Below are positions 22,034-42,020 of a DNA stretch of 64,000 nucleotides, piece after piece. The position numbers and the translations under genes were made by a program. Where the stretch lies: NCBI RefSeq assembly GCF_029227855.1, contig NZ_CP074356.1; one strand, given 5' to 3'. The notes below the pieces were generated by a model. The model saw nothing but the letters and a program-made list of their open reading frames with translations, was not told the origin of the DNA and did not search any database. The stretch's first letter is position 1, and every line of letters begins with the position of its first letter. The stretch is from Escherichia coli. GTDB taxonomy: Bacteria > Pseudomonadota > Gammaproteobacteria > Enterobacterales > Enterobacteriaceae.

Positions 22034-25000
22034 ACATATTCACGCTTTCCCTCGGTCTGGCCGTCATGCCGATGGTCGAGGCAGCACCAACCGCTCAGCA
22101 ACAGTTGCTGGAGCAAGTTCGGTTAGGCGAAGCGACCCATCGTGAAGATCTGGTGCAACAGTCGTTATATCGGCTGGAACTTATTGATCCGAATAACCCG
22201 GACGTCGTTGCCGCCCGTTTCCGTTCTTTGTTACGTCAGGGCGATATTGATGGCGCGCAAAAACAGCTCGATCGGCTGTCGCAGTTAGCGCCGAGTTCGA
22301 ATGCGTATAAATCGTCGCGGACTACGATGCTACTTTCCACGCCGGATGGTCGTCAGGCACTGCAACAGGCACGATTGCAGGCGACGACCGGTCATGCAGA
22401 AGAAGCTGTGGCGAGTTACAACAAACTGTTCAACGGTGCGCCGCCGGAAGGTGACATTGCCGTCGAGTACTGGAGTACGGTGGCGAAAATTCCGGCTCGC
22501 CGTGGCGAAGCGATTAATCAGCTAAAACGCATTAATGCGGATACGCCGGGCAATACGGGCCTGCAAAACAATCTGGCGCTATTGCTGTTTAGTAGCGATC
22601 GGCGTGACGAAGGTTTTGCCGTCCTGGAACAGATGGCAAAATCGAACGCCGGGCGCGAAGGGGCCTCTAAAATCTGGTACGGGCAGATTAAAGACATGCC
22701 CGTCAGTGATGCCAGTGTGTCGGCGCTGAAAAAATATCTCTCGATCTTTAGTGATGGCGATAGCGTGGCGGCTGCGCAATCGCAACTGGCAGAACAGCAA
22801 AAACAGCTGGCCGATCCTGCTTTCCGCGCTCGTGCGCAAGGTTTAGCGGCGGTGGACTCTGGTATGGCGGGTAAAGCCATTCCCGAACTACAACAGGCGG
22901 TGCGGGCGAACCCGAAAGACAGTGAAGCTCTGGGGGCGCTGGGCCAGGCGTATTCTCAGAAAGGCGATCGCGCCAATGCAGTGGCGAATCTGGAAAAAGC
23001 CCTCGCACTGGACCCGCACAGCAGCAACAACGACAAATGGAACAGTCTGCTGAAAGTAAACCGCTACTGGCTGGCGATCCAGCAGGGCGATGCTGCGCTG
23101 AAAGCCAATAATCCTGACCGGGCAGAACGCCTGTTCCAGCAGGCGCGTAATGTCGATAACACCGACAGTTATGCAGTGCTGGGGCTGGGCGATGTGGCGA
23201 TGGCGCGAAAAGATTATCCCGCCGCCGAACGTTATTATCAGCAGACCTTGCGTATGGACAGCGGCAATACTAACGCCGTGCGCGGGCTGGCAAATATTTA
23301 CCGCCAGCAATCGCCAGAAAAAGCTGAAGCGTTTATCGCCTCGCTCTCTGCCAGTCAGCGGCGTAGCATTGATGATATCGAACGCAGCCTGCAAAACGAC
23401 CGTCTGGCACAGCAGGCAGAGGCACTGGAAAACCAGGGCAAATGGGCGCAGGCGGCAGCACTTCAGCGGCAACGACTGGCGCTGGACCCCGGCAGCGTAT
23501 GGATTACTTACCGACTTTCGCAGGATCTCTGGCAGGCCGGACAACGCAGCCAGGCCGATACGTTAATGCGCAATCTGGCGCAGCATAAGCCGAACGACCC
23601 GGAGCAGGTTTACGCTTACGGGCTGTACCTCTCTGGTCATGACCAGGACAGAGCGGCGCTGGCGCATATCAACAGCCTGCCGCGCGCGCAGTGGAACAGC
23701 AATATTCAGGAGCTGGTTAATCGACTGCAAAGCGATCAGGTGATGGAAACCGCTAATCGCCTGCGAGAAAGCGGCAAAGAAGCTGAAGCGGAAGCGATGC
23801 TGCGTCAGCAACCACCTTCCACGCGTATTGACCTCACGCTGGCTGACTGGGCGCAGCAGCGACGTGATTACACCGCCGCCCGCGCTGCATATCAGAATGT
23901 CCTGACGCTGGAGCCAACTAACGCCGATGCCATTCTGGGGCTGACGGAAGTGGATATTGCTGCCGGTGACACAGCGGCGGCACGTAGCCAGCTGGCGAAA
24001 CTGCCCGCTACCGATAACGCCTCGCTGAACACACAGCGGCGCGTGGCGCTGGCGCAGGCGCAGCTTGGAGATACCGCAGCGGCGCAGCAGACGTTTAATA
24101 AGTTGATCCCGCAGGCAAAATCTCAGCCACCGTCGATGGAAAGCGCGATGGTGCTGCGCGACGGTGCGAAGTTTGAAGCGCAGGCGGGCGATCCAAAGCA
24201 GGCGCTGGAAACCTACAAAGACGCCATGGTCGCATCCGGTGTGACCACGACGCGTCCGCAGGATAACGACACATTCACCCGACTGACCCGTAACGACGAG
24301 AAAGATGACTGGCTGAAACGCGGCGTGCGCAGCGATGCGGCGGACCTCTATCGCCAGCAGGATCTTAACGTCACCCTCGAGCACGATTACTGGGGTTCGA
24401 GCGGCACCGGTGGTTACTCCGATCTGAAAGCGCACACTACCATGTTGCAGGTGGATGCGCCGTATTCTGACGGGCGGATGTTCTTTCGCAGTGATTTCGT
24501 CAATATGAACGTCGGCAGTTTCTCCACTAATGCCGATGGCAAATGGGATGACAACTGGGGCACCTGTACATTACAGGACTGTAGCGGCAACCGCAGCCAG
24601 TCGGATTCCGGTGCCAGCGTGGCGGTCGGCTGGCGAAATGACGTCTGGAGCTGGGATATCGGTACCACGCCGATGGGCTTCAACGTGGTGGATGTGGTCG
24701 GCGGCATCAGTTACAGCGATGATATCGGGCCGCTGGGTTACACCGTTAACGCCCACCGTCGGCCCATCTCCAGTTCTTTGCTGGCCTTTGGTGGGCAAAA
24801 AGACTCCCCGAGCAATACCGGGAAAAAATGGGGTGGCGTACGTGCCGACGGTGTGGGGCTAAGTCTGAGCTACGATAAAGGTGAAGCAAACGGCGTCTGG
24901 GCATCGCTTAGTGGCGACCAGTTAACCGGTAAAAATGTCGAAGATAACTGGCGCGTGCGCTGGATGACGGGCTATTACTATAAGGTCATTAACCAGAACA

Positions 25001-25488
25001 ATCGCCGCGTCACAATCGGCCTGAACAACATGATCTGGCATTACGACAAAGATCTGAGTGGCTACTCACTCGGTCAGGGCGGTTACTACAGTCCGCAGGA
25101 ATACCTGTCGTTTGCCATACCGGTGATGTGGCGGGAGCGCACGGAAAACTGGTCGTGGGAGCTGGGGGCGTCTGGCTCGTGGTCGCATTCACGCACCAAA
25201 ACCATGCCGCGTTATCCGCTGATGAATCTGATCCCGACCGACTGGCAGGAAGAAGCTGCGCGGCAATCCAACGATGGCGGCAGCAGTCAGGGCTTCGGCT
25301 ACACGGCGCGGGCATTACTTGAACGACGTGTTACTTCCAACTGGTTTGTTGGCACGGCAATTGATATCCAGCAGGCGAAAGATTACGCACCCAGCCATTT
25401 CCTGCTCTACGTACGTTATTCCGCCGCCGGATGGCAGGGTGACATGGATTTACCGCCGCAGCCGCTGATACCTTACGCCGACTGGTAA
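22015..25488 (+). CDS. bcsC: Cellulose synthase outer-membrane export subunit BcsC (TPR repeats plus beta-barrel)
   Basis: 1157-aa ORF with signal peptide, long TPR region and C-terminal beta-barrel; 19-bp overlap with bcsZ. Confidence 0.93.
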
Positions 25489-25569
25489 GTTTTCAGATAG
25501 CGCCTCTCTTAATGCCGCTGCGATCGGGTATACTCGGGCGGCAATCTGGGATTTCCGGGGGGAGACAAT

Positions 25570-27558
25570 TTGCGCGTAAGTCGCTCGTTAACAATCAAGC
25601 AGATGGCAATGGTGGCAGCCGTTGTCCTGGTGTTCGTTTTTATTTTTTGCACCGTTTTGCTGTTCCATCTGGTCCAGCAGAATCGCTATAACACGGCTAC
25701 GCAACTGGAAAGCATTGCTCGCTCTGTCCGCGAACCCTTATCTTCAGCTATTTTGAAAGGCGATATTCCCGAAGCGGAAGCTATTCTTGCCAGCATTAAA
25801 CCGGCAGGCGTGGTCAGCCGTGCCGATGTAGTGCTGCCTAACCAGTTCCAGGCGCTGCGTAAAAGTTTTATTCCAGAGCGCCCGGTGCCGGTAATGGTTA
25901 CTCGCCTGTTTGAGCTACCGGTTCAAATCTCGCTGGGCGTTTACTCGCTCGAACGTCCGGCAAACCCGCAGCCAATTGCCTATCTGGTACTACAGGCGGA
26001 TTCCTTCCGTATGTATAAGTTCGTGATGAGCACCCTCTCAACGTTAGTGACCATTTACTTACTTTTGTCGCTTATCCTGACCGTCGCCATCAGCTGGTGC
26101 ATTAACCGCCTGATTTTGCATCCGTTACGCAATATTGCTCGCGAACTTAACGCCATCCCAGCCCAGGAGCTTGTTGGTCACCAACTGGCATTACCGCGTC
26201 TGCATCAGGACGATGAAATCGGTATGTTGGTGCGCAGTTACAACCTCAACCAGCAATTGCTGCAGCGCCATTATGAAGAACAGAACGAAAATGCGATGCG
26301 CTTCCCGGTGTCGGATTTGCCGAACAAAGCCTTGCTGATGGAGATGCTGGAGCAGGTTGTCGCGCGTAAACAAACCACCGCGCTGATGATCATCACCTGT
26401 GAAACCCTGCGTGATACTGCGGGCGTGCTGAAAGAGGCGCAACGAGAAATTCTGCTGCTGACGCTGGTGGAAAAACTCAAATCGGTACTGTCGCCACGTA
26501 TGATCCTCGCGCAGATTAGCGGTTATGACTTTGCTGTCATTGCCAACGGTGTACAGGAACCGTGGCACGCAATCACCTTAGGTCAGCAAGTGCTCACTAT
26601 CATGAGCGAGCGCCTGCCGATTGAACGTATTCAACTCCGTCCGCACTGTAGCATTGGCGTGGCGATGTTCTACGGCGATCTCACCGCCGAACAGCTTTAC
26701 AGTCGCGCTATTTCTGCGGCATTTACCGCTCGCCATAAAGGCAAGAATCAGATTCAGTTCTTTGATCCGCAGCAGATGGAAGCCGCCCAGAAGCGGTTGA
26801 CGGAAGAGAGCGATATCCTTAATGCACTGGAAAATCATCAGTTTGCAATTTGGTTACAGCCACAGGTCGAGATGAGCAGCGGTAAACTGGTCAGTGCGGA
26901 AGTGTTACTGCGTATCCAGCAACCGGATGGCAGTTGGGACCTGCCGGATGGCTTAATCGATCGCATTGAGTGCTGTGGGCTCATGGTTACCGTCGGTCAC
27001 TGGGTGCTGGAAGAGTCCTGTCGATTGCTTGCAGCCTGGCAAGAGCGCGGCATTATGCTGCCCTTGTCGGTAAACCTCTCTGCGCTGCAACTGATGCACC
27101 CGAATATGGTGGCGGATATGCTGGAACTGTTAACCCGCTATCGCATTCAGCCGGGAACACTGATTCTGGAAGTGACAGAAAGCCGACGTATTGACGACCC
27201 TCATGCTGCGGTGGCAATCCTCCGTCCGCTGCGCAATGCCGGAGTTCGGGTGGCGCTGGATGATTTCGGCATGGGCTACGCAGGGCTGCGTCAGCTGCAG
27301 CATATGAAATCGTTGCCAATCGACGTACTGAAAATCGACAAAATGTTTGTTGAAGGCTTGCCGGAAGATAGCAGCATGATTGCTGCAATTATCATGCTGG
27401 CGCAGAGCCTGAACTTACAAATGATTGCCGAAGGCGTGGAGACTGAAGCACAACGCGACTGGCTGGCAAAAGCGGGCGTTGGTATTGCCCAGGGCTTCCT
27501 TTTTGCTCGCCCACTCCCTATTGAAATCTTCGAAGAGAGTTACCTGGAAGAAAAGTAG
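25570..27558 (+). CDS. pdeK: c-di-GMP phosphodiesterase PdeK (YhjK; HAMP, degenerate GGDEF and EAL domains)
   Basis: 662-aa ORF with two N-terminal TM segments and a C-terminal EAL domain. The TTG start at 25570 follows a GGGGAGA RBS; an alternative ATG is at 25603. Confidence 0.85.
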   Translation: MRVSRSLTIKQMAMVAAVVLVFVFIFCTVLLFHLVQQNRYNTATQLESIARSVREPLSSAILKGDIPEAEAILASIKPAGVVSRADVVLPNQFQALRKSFIPERPVPVMVTRLFELPVQISLGVYSLERPANPQPIAYLVLQADSFRMYKFVMSTLSTLVTIYLLLSLILTVAISWCINRLILHPLRNIARELNAIPAQELVGHQLALPRLHQDDEIGMLVRSYNLNQQLLQRHYEEQNENAMRFPVSDLPNKALLMEMLEQVVARKQTTALMIITCETLRDTAGVLKEAQREILLLTLVEKLKSVLSPRMILAQISGYDFAVIANGVQEPWHAITLGQQVLTIMSERLPIERIQLRPHCSIGVAMFYGDLTAEQLYSRAISAAFTARHKGKNQIQFFDPQQMEAAQKRLTEESDILNALENHQFAIWLQPQVEMSSGKLVSAEVLLRIQQPDGSWDLPDGLIDRIECCGLMVTVGHWVLEESCRLLAAWQERGIMLPLSVNLSALQLMHPNMVADMLELLTRYRIQPGTLILEVTESRRIDDPHAAVAILRPLRNAGVRVALDDFGMGYAGLRQLQHMKSLPIDVLKIDKMFVEGLPEDSSMIAAIIMLAQSLNLQMIAEGVETEAQRDWLAKAGVGIAQGFLFARPLPIEIFEESYLEEK

Positions 27559-27704
27559 CTACCCCAAACTGATTACAAAACTTTAAAAAGTGCTGGTTTG
27601 TGCGAGCCAGCTCAAACTTTTTAACCTTTTTGTTTCAATTATGATCCAGGTACATTTCTGTGATGTTGTCTGGGTGTTATTTTAAGGCCGCAGGTACCCC
27701 ATAA

Positions 27705-29239
<1,535 letters not shown>

Positions 29240-29389
29240 TCTTTCATCGGATTCTGAAAACGGGTGGCAATGGCTGCCCGTTTTTATTTTCTCCGCACAT
29301 TGTGTGAGCTTTTGCGATATTCTGAAAAAATGAGAATTCAGGCATAACGTCTTTCTCAGATCATAAAAAACATCGCAAACAGGGAACGC

Positions 29390-31038
29390 ATGGAAATCTC
29401 TTCACCATACTGATAATGACCCTCGTGGTCTCGCTGTCCGGGGTGGTCACTCGTGTCATGCCCTTTCAGATCCCGCTTCCGCTTATGCAAATCGCCATCG
29501 GTGCGCTACTGGCGTGGCCGACGTTTGGTTTGCATGTGGAGTTTGATCCTGAACTCTTTTTAGTCTTGTTTATCCCGCCGTTGCTGTTCGCTGATGGCTG
29601 GAAAACGCCGACCCGTGAATTTCTCGAACATGGTCGAGAGATTTTTGGCCTCGCGCTGGCGCTGGTGGTGGTCACCGTGGTCGGCATTGGCTTCCTTATT
29701 TACTGGGTGGTGCCGGGCATTCCGCTGATCCCCGCCTTTGCGCTGGCGGCGGTACTTTCTCCGACCGATGCTGTGGCGCTCTCCGGATTGTTGGCGAAGG
29801 GCGTATCCCGAAAAAAATCATGGGCATTTTGCAGGGCGAAGCGTTGATGAATGACGCTTCCGGCCTGGTGTCGTTGAAGTTTGCCGTAGCAGTGGCGATG
29901 GGGACGATGATCTTCACCGTCGGCGGTGCGACGGTCGAATTTATGAAAGTAGCCATTGGCGGTATTCTCGCCGGTTTTGTGGTTAGCTGGCTGTACGGTC
30001 GCTCGCTGCGATTCCTCAGCCGCTGGGGCGGTGATGAACCCGCGACGCAGATCGTCCTGCTGTTCCTGCTGCCATTCGCTTCTTATCTGATTGCCGAACA
30101 TATTGGCGTTTCCGGCATCCTCGCTGCGGTTGCCGCCGGGATGACCATCACCCGCTCCGGTGTGATGCGCCGTGCGCCGCTGGCAATGCGCCTGCGTGCA
30201 AACAGCACCTGGGCGATGCTGGAATTTGTCTTTAACGGCATGGTGTTCCTGCTGTTAGGTCTGCAGCTGCCGGGTATTCTGGAGACGTCGCTGATGGCAG
30301 CAGAAATCGACCCTAACGTCGAAATCTGGATGCTGTTTACCGATATTATTCTGATATATGCGGCGCTGATGCTGGTCCGTTTTCGGCTGGCTGTGGACGA
30401 TGAAAAAGTTCAGCAACCGCTTCCTGAAGAAGAAGCCGATGGAGTTTGGTTCGTGGACCACACGAGAAATCCTGATCGCGTCTTTCGCCGGGGTGCGTGG
30501 GGCGATCACTCTGGCCGGTGTGCTCTCTATCCCGCTGCTCTTGCCGGATGGTAACGTCTTCCCGGCGCGCTATGAGCTGGTGTTCCTGGCGGCTGGCGTC
30601 ATTCTCTTCTCGCTGTTTGTCGGCGTGGTGATGTTGCCTATTCTGCTACAACACATTGAAGTCGCGGACCATTCGCAACAATTGAAAGAGGAACGTATTG
30701 CGCGAGCGGCAACGGCAGAAGTGGCGATTGTGGCGATCCAGAAAATGGAGGAGCGTCTGGCGGCGGATACCGAAGAGAATATCGATAACCAGCTGCTTAC
30801 GGAGGTCAGTTCTCGCGTCATTGGTAACCTGCGTCGTCGCGCCGATGGACGTAACGACGTTGAAAGTTCCGTGCAGGAAGAGAACCTTGAGCGTCGCTTC
30901 CGTCTGGCGGCATTGCGTTCTGAACGTGCTGAACTTTACCACCTGCGCGCCACGCGGGAGATCAGCAACGAAACGCTGCAAAAATTACTGCACGATCTCG
31001 ATTTGCTTGAAGCGTTGCTAATTGAGGAAAATCAGTAA
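29390..31038 (+). pseudogene. yjcE: CPA1-family Na+/H+ exchanger YjcE interrupted by three single-base indels (or sequencing errors)
   Basis: ATG at 29390 reads MEI then shifts. Three ORFs (29416-29847, 29820-30554, 30400-31038) together reconstruct a protein of about 549 aa; shifts are near 29400, 29780 and 30383. Confidence 0.8.
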
Positions 31039-31073
31039 GCCGAAAGCGACGTAACCAGGCCCGAGGTAATCTG

Positions 31074-31099
31074 AAAAAGGTGCAATCTTTTGCACCTTT
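31074..31099. terminator. Bidirectional hairpin terminator between convergent yjcE and yjcF
   Basis: AAAAAGGTGCAATCTTTTGCACCTTT, a perfect stem flanked by A and T runs. Confidence 0.55.
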
Positions 31100-31226
31100 A
31101 ACAGGTTAGCTCGGGCTAACATTCATGATTCTAAAAAAAATAAGTTATCTCTCTTGTAAAGTCAATTCATTGGCTGTTCTTCGACTTAACCTCAATCTGC
31201 GTGTTGCATAATATCTGCAGTAATCT

Positions 31227-32482
31227 TCATAGCGACTGCATTAATATTATCCTCAGTTTTTGTGACATGCCAGTATGAGAGGTACAATCTTCTTCAAAGA
31301 ATTTCTGTAGTGTTACCAGGGTATCACTATCAATGGGGATATTTTCCTCCCCACGGAGAATGGAAATGCCCATTCCCTGGACGCTAGCCTCATCAAAATT
31401 AACCCGATAGAGACGGGTATTAAACATACAGGCTTTTGTTAAAATAGAACAGTTGAAATGGCAGTTGCTTAAATTGGCATTATTAAAATTAACATTAGCC
31501 ATATTAGAGCCGGTACATATAACCATTTCGAGGAATGTATTTGTCAGCCACGTACAAAAGAGTTTGCTATCAATTAAGTTTATATTCTGGAGGATTGCTT
31601 TGTTCAGATTGACGCGAGACAGATCAGCATGTTCAAAGTTAATTAAATCGAGTTTAGAGAAACTAAGGTCGGCTTTAAATAAATTAACATATGGCGCTAT
31701 TACTTTATAAAGATTTACCTCAGCCATGTACGCCATATAAAATTTGAATAGTCAAGGAAGGTGTTTTTAATATTGGCTCTATTCATTGCTGCATTGTAGA
31801 ATTGAACATGCATAGCGGAGCATGCATTTAGAGTTCCGTCGGCCATTTTTATCTGAGCGAAATTTGAGTCATCGAGAATACAATTATCAAAAAGTATTTT
31901 TTCCATTATGGCGTAATAAAAATTCGTTTTATACATATTACAGTCCTGGAAAATAGCGTTTTGTAGTCTGCAACCTGCAAAATTCGAATTGGATAAATCT
32001 TCATCTTTAATCACGATACCTTTCAGGCTAAGGTGTGAAAAATCGTAACCACCATTTACTGTCTGTGGAATTTCGATAGTATTATTATGGGCGGCGACAT
32101 TATTTATAAAATACCACCTTAATGGATACTTCCTTTTCTTTACTAAGGTAACTCTTCTCGTAATTCTATCGTCACATTTATTATTTGCATATAAAGCTAT
32201 ATCTATAAAATGTTTATGTATTTTCCTGTCCGTTTCCTTCGTGATTTTTCCTGATGGTAAACTATCATAAATTCTTTTCATTTTCTGAATCAAACCTATC
32301 ACTTTTTCATGATCATCCATTTTGAAAAGAGAGAGGGCTTTATTGTCAATTAACGTGTTTTTATGATGTTTGCTGTAATTATATGATTTTGTTTTCTTTG
32401 TATGTGATGAACTTGTGAGAGAGTGGTTATCGTTAATCTGGCAAAGAGAGAAAAACATATTATTTAAACCATTATAGCGCAT
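31227..32482 (-). pseudogene. yjcF: Pentapeptide-repeat protein YjcF, split by one frameshift near 31725 (or sequencing error)
   Basis: Two overlapping minus-strand ORFs (31715-32482 N-terminal, 31227-31736 C-terminal) with A(D/N)LxxxNL-type pentapeptide repeats. Confidence 0.65.
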
Positions 32483-32658
32483 AAAATATCCTTATAATTA
32501 ACAAGAAAGAAAGGCATATTCTCTGCATTATCATTTTCTACGACTGTCAAAAATCGCTCATTTTTTAATGAGTTTATTTGTTTAATATTTTGGGAAAAGG
32601 TGATGCATGCTGGAGAGGAAGAGTATTCCCCGGTCAGGCGACCGGGGAAGGGGAGAGA

Positions 32659-34620
<1,962 letters not shown>

Positions 34621-34689
34621 AGATTCTCCAGAGGTAATGTAGGGATTGTTTTAATTCCCGCTCCCTTATGGGAGAAGGTTAACGCTCGG

Positions 34690-34800
<111 letters not shown>

Positions 34801-34816
34801 ATCCGGCAATTGTGGG

Positions 34817-36774
34817 TTACGATGGCATCGCGATAGCCTGCTTCTCTTCAAGCAGCTTCTCGACTACGCCAGGATCGGCAAGCGTCGAGGTATCGCCCAG
34901 GTTGCTGGTATCGCCCGCCGCAATTTTGCGCAGAATACGGCGCATAATTTTGCCGGAGCGGGTTTTAGGCAGGGAGTCGGTCCAGTGCAGCACGTCTGGC
35001 GTCGCCAGCGGGCCAATCTCTTTACGCACCCAGTTGCGGACTTCTGCGTACAGTTCTGGTGACGGTTCCTCCCCGTGATTAAGCGTGACGTAGGCGTAGA
35101 TCGCCTGACCTTTAATATTGTGCGGAATACCTACTACGGCGGCTTCGGCAATCTTCGGATGCGCCACCAGCGCCGACTCAATCTCTGCCGTCCCCAGACG
35201 GTGACCGGAGACGTTCAGCACGTCGTCCACACGCCCGGTGATCCAGTAATAGCCATCTTCATCGCGACGCGCGCCGTCGCCGCTGAAATACATATTTTTG
35301 AAGGTGGAGAAGTAGGTCTGTTCAAAACGTTCGTGATCGCCAAACAGCGTACGCGCCTGACCCGGCCAGGAGTCGGTGATCACCAGGCTGCCTTCGGTAG
35401 CGCCTTCCAGCGGGTTACCTTCGTTATCGACCAGCGCCGGTTGCACGCCGAAGAACGGACGTGTTGCCGAACCGGCTTTCAGCTCGGTAGCGCCAGGCAG
35501 CGGCGTGATCATGAAACCGCCAGTTTCGGTCTGCCACCAGGTATCGACCACCGGACATTTCTCGTTGCCGATTTTTTTCCAGTACCACTCCCACGCTTCC
35601 GGGTTAATTGGCTCGCCCACGGAACCGAGAATGCGCAGCGACGAACGGTCGGTACCCTCGATCGCTTTATCGCCTTCCGCCATCAGCGCGCGGATCGCCG
35701 TGGTGCGGTATAGAGAATATTGACCTGATGCTTGTCCACCACCTGCGCCATACGGGCAGGCGTCGGCCAGTTGGGTACGCCTTCAAACATCAGCGTGGTC
35801 GCACCGCAGGCCAGCGGGCCGTACAGCAAGTAACTGTGTCCGGTCACCCAGCCCACATCGGCGGTGCACCAGTAGATATCACCCGGATGATAATCAAAGA
35901 CATATTTAAAGGTCAGCGCCGCGTACACCAGATAACCGCCGGTAGTATGCAGCACACCTTTTGGCTTACCGGTAGAACCGGAGGTGTAGAGAATAAACAG
36001 CGGATCTTCGGCGTTCATCTCTTCCGCCTGGTGCTGATCGCTCGCTTGCTCAACCAGGTCGTGCCACCACAGGTCGCGCCCTTCCTGCCAGTCAATTTTC
36101 CCGCCAGTACGCTTCAGTACCACCACATGCTCTACGCTGGTGACGTTCGGGTTTTTCAGCGCGTCATCAACGTTTTTCTTCAGCGGAATACTGCGCCCGG
36201 CACGCACACCTTCGTCGGAAGTGATCACCAGTCGTGAGTTGGAATCAATAATGCGCCCGGCAACGGCTTCCGGCGAGAAGCCGCCGAAAATCACCGAATG
36301 CACCGCGCCAATGCGGGCGCAGGCCAGCATCGCAACCGCGGCTTCCGGCACCATCGGCATATAAATCGCCACCACATCACCTTTTTTAATGCCCAGCTCG
36401 AGCAGGGTATTGGCGAAGCGGCAGACGTCGCGGTGCAGCTCTTTATAGCTGATATGTTTGCTCTGGCTGGCGTCGTCGCCTTCCCAGATGATGGCGGTGC
36501 GATCGCCGTTTTCTTGCAGATGGCGGTCAAGGCAGTTTGCCGCCAGATTCAGCGTGCCGTCCTCGTACCATTTAATGGACACATTACCGGGGGCAAAGGA
36601 GGTATTTTTCACCTTCTGGTAAGGTTTGATCCAGTCGAGAATTTTTCCCTGTTCGCCCCAGAAGGTATCAGGTACGTTAATAGATTGTTGATACATCGCC
36701 TCGTACTGCTGAGGGTTTATCAGGCAACGGTCTGCGATGTTGGCAGGAATGGTGTGTTTGTGAATTTGGCTCAT
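34817..36774 (-). pseudogene. acs: Acetyl-CoA synthetase Acs with a single-base deletion near 35695 (or sequencing error)
   Basis: Minus-strand ORFs 35683-36774 (N-terminal 363 aa) and 34817-35683 (C-terminal 288 aa) together give about 652 aa. The break is in a C-run where the window has CC for an expected CCC. Confidence 0.88.
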
Positions 36775-38827
<2,053 letters not shown>

Positions 38828-39313
38828 TAACGCGCATATCGCATTGTTTATTGTTTTTTCTAACATCTAATGCCGGGTTTCACAATGTTGTCATGACGAA
38901 TGTGGCGATTTCTCAGCAGGAAAAGGGCGGAATAGCTTTCTGAGAAAGGTGAATCCCCCTAAACAGAGCGTATTTTTCAGCGATTCCCTTTAAAGTGAAT
39001 AGAGGACGTGTTGGCTATTTGTGCTTATTTTTGTCTCATTGCCGTTTGTTATTTTTGCTTGTGGTCGCGGAGTTTCATTTTTAATTGCATGCGTACTAAC
39101 CACCAATATAAGGAAATCCTCAAAATTGTTTTAAATAGTGCCCTCGACATGTAATTTCAGGCGTTTAGCTGTAACTATTTATATCGGTAACTATTTTCTA
39201 CGCGTCATCTCTGTAGAATGGCCACCGCCAAATGGCGAATTCTTATTTTTTCTCGCGGGTAATACCCTTCCACTACTTAAGTCTTTTTAACGTATTCAGG
39301 TGGAGATTCAGTT

Positions 39314-39916
39314 ATGCAAATAGTCATGTTTGACAGGCAGTCAATATTTATTCATGGAATGAAAATCAGTTTACAGCAGCGTATTCCAGGAGTGAGTATT
39401 CAGGGGGCCAGTCAGGCAGACGAGTTATGGCAAAAGCTGGAAAGTTACCCTGAAGCCTTAGTTATGCTCGATGGCGATCAGGATGGTGAGTTTTGCTACT
39501 GGTTGCTGCAAAAAACCGTGGTGCAGTTTCCTGAGGTTAAGGTGTTAATCACGGCGACGGATTGCAATAAACGGTGGTTACAGGAAGTTATTCATTTTAA
39601 TGTGCTGGCCATTGTGCCTCGTGATTCAACCGTCGAGACATTTGCGTTGGCGGTAAATAGTGCGGCGATGGGGATGATGTTTCTGTCTGGAGACTGGCGG
39701 ACGACGCCGGAAAAGGACATTAAAGATCTCAAATCGTTAAGCGCCCGCCAGCGGGAGATTTTAACCATGTTAGCGGCGGGCGAATCAAATAAGGAGATCG
39801 GCAGAGCGCTGAATATCAGTACCGGAACGGTAAAAGCGCATCTGGAATCCCTGTATCGCCGTCTGGAAGTGAAAAATCGCACCCAGGCGGCAATGATGTT
39901 AAATATCTCCTCCTGA
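39314..39916 (+). CDS. yhjB: LuxR/FixJ-family transcriptional regulator YhjB
   Basis: 200-aa ORF with C-terminal LuxR-type HTH (REILTMLAAGESNKEIGRALNISTGTVKAH); divergent from yhjC. Confidence 0.85.
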   Translation: MQIVMFDRQSIFIHGMKISLQQRIPGVSIQGASQADELWQKLESYPEALVMLDGDQDGEFCYWLLQKTVVQFPEVKVLITATDCNKRWLQEVIHFNVLAIVPRDSTVETFALAVNSAAMGMMFLSGDWRTTPEKDIKDLKSLSARQREILTMLAAGESNKEIGRALNISTGTVKAHLESLYRRLEVKNRTQAAMMLNISS

Positions 39917-39966
39917 AGAGGATAATTTTACAGCCAGCAGGAAGTTAGCGGCTGGCTGTAAAAATA

Positions 39967-41646
<1,680 letters not shown>

Positions 41647-42020
41647 TTATCGGGCTTTTCTTTAAGGGTAGTCATTCGCTCCGCCTGGTGGGCGACAAAG
41701 CGTGCGGTGGATCACGTTTATTAACCTGTCAAAAAATATAACGCACTAATATCCATGGAATTTATAAAAATACGGATTTCGTGTTGTTTTTCATTTTCAG
41801 AACATTCAATCCTGCTCTCGCCGCAATCATGATATGCCATTCCTGATCTGGGTAATAGGCACAGGCTATCTTATTGATAGTTTATATTCATGTAATTGAT
41901 TGATTCCTATCAAAAAGCGTATCTCCCTGTTTTTTATGATGGCTTTGTCTCGCAGAGACGTTTGCAGCATTCTGGAAAATTTTCTGGGTCACAATAACTC
42001 ACCACCGTGAGGGAAGAATA

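Noticed and set aside
25570-25608. Alternative start codons for pdeK (TTG 25570 vs ATG 25603/25609)
   Set aside because: Not resolved. I kept the TTG start because a GGGGAGA RBS sits 7 nt upstream, but the shorter forms cannot be excluded from sequence alone.
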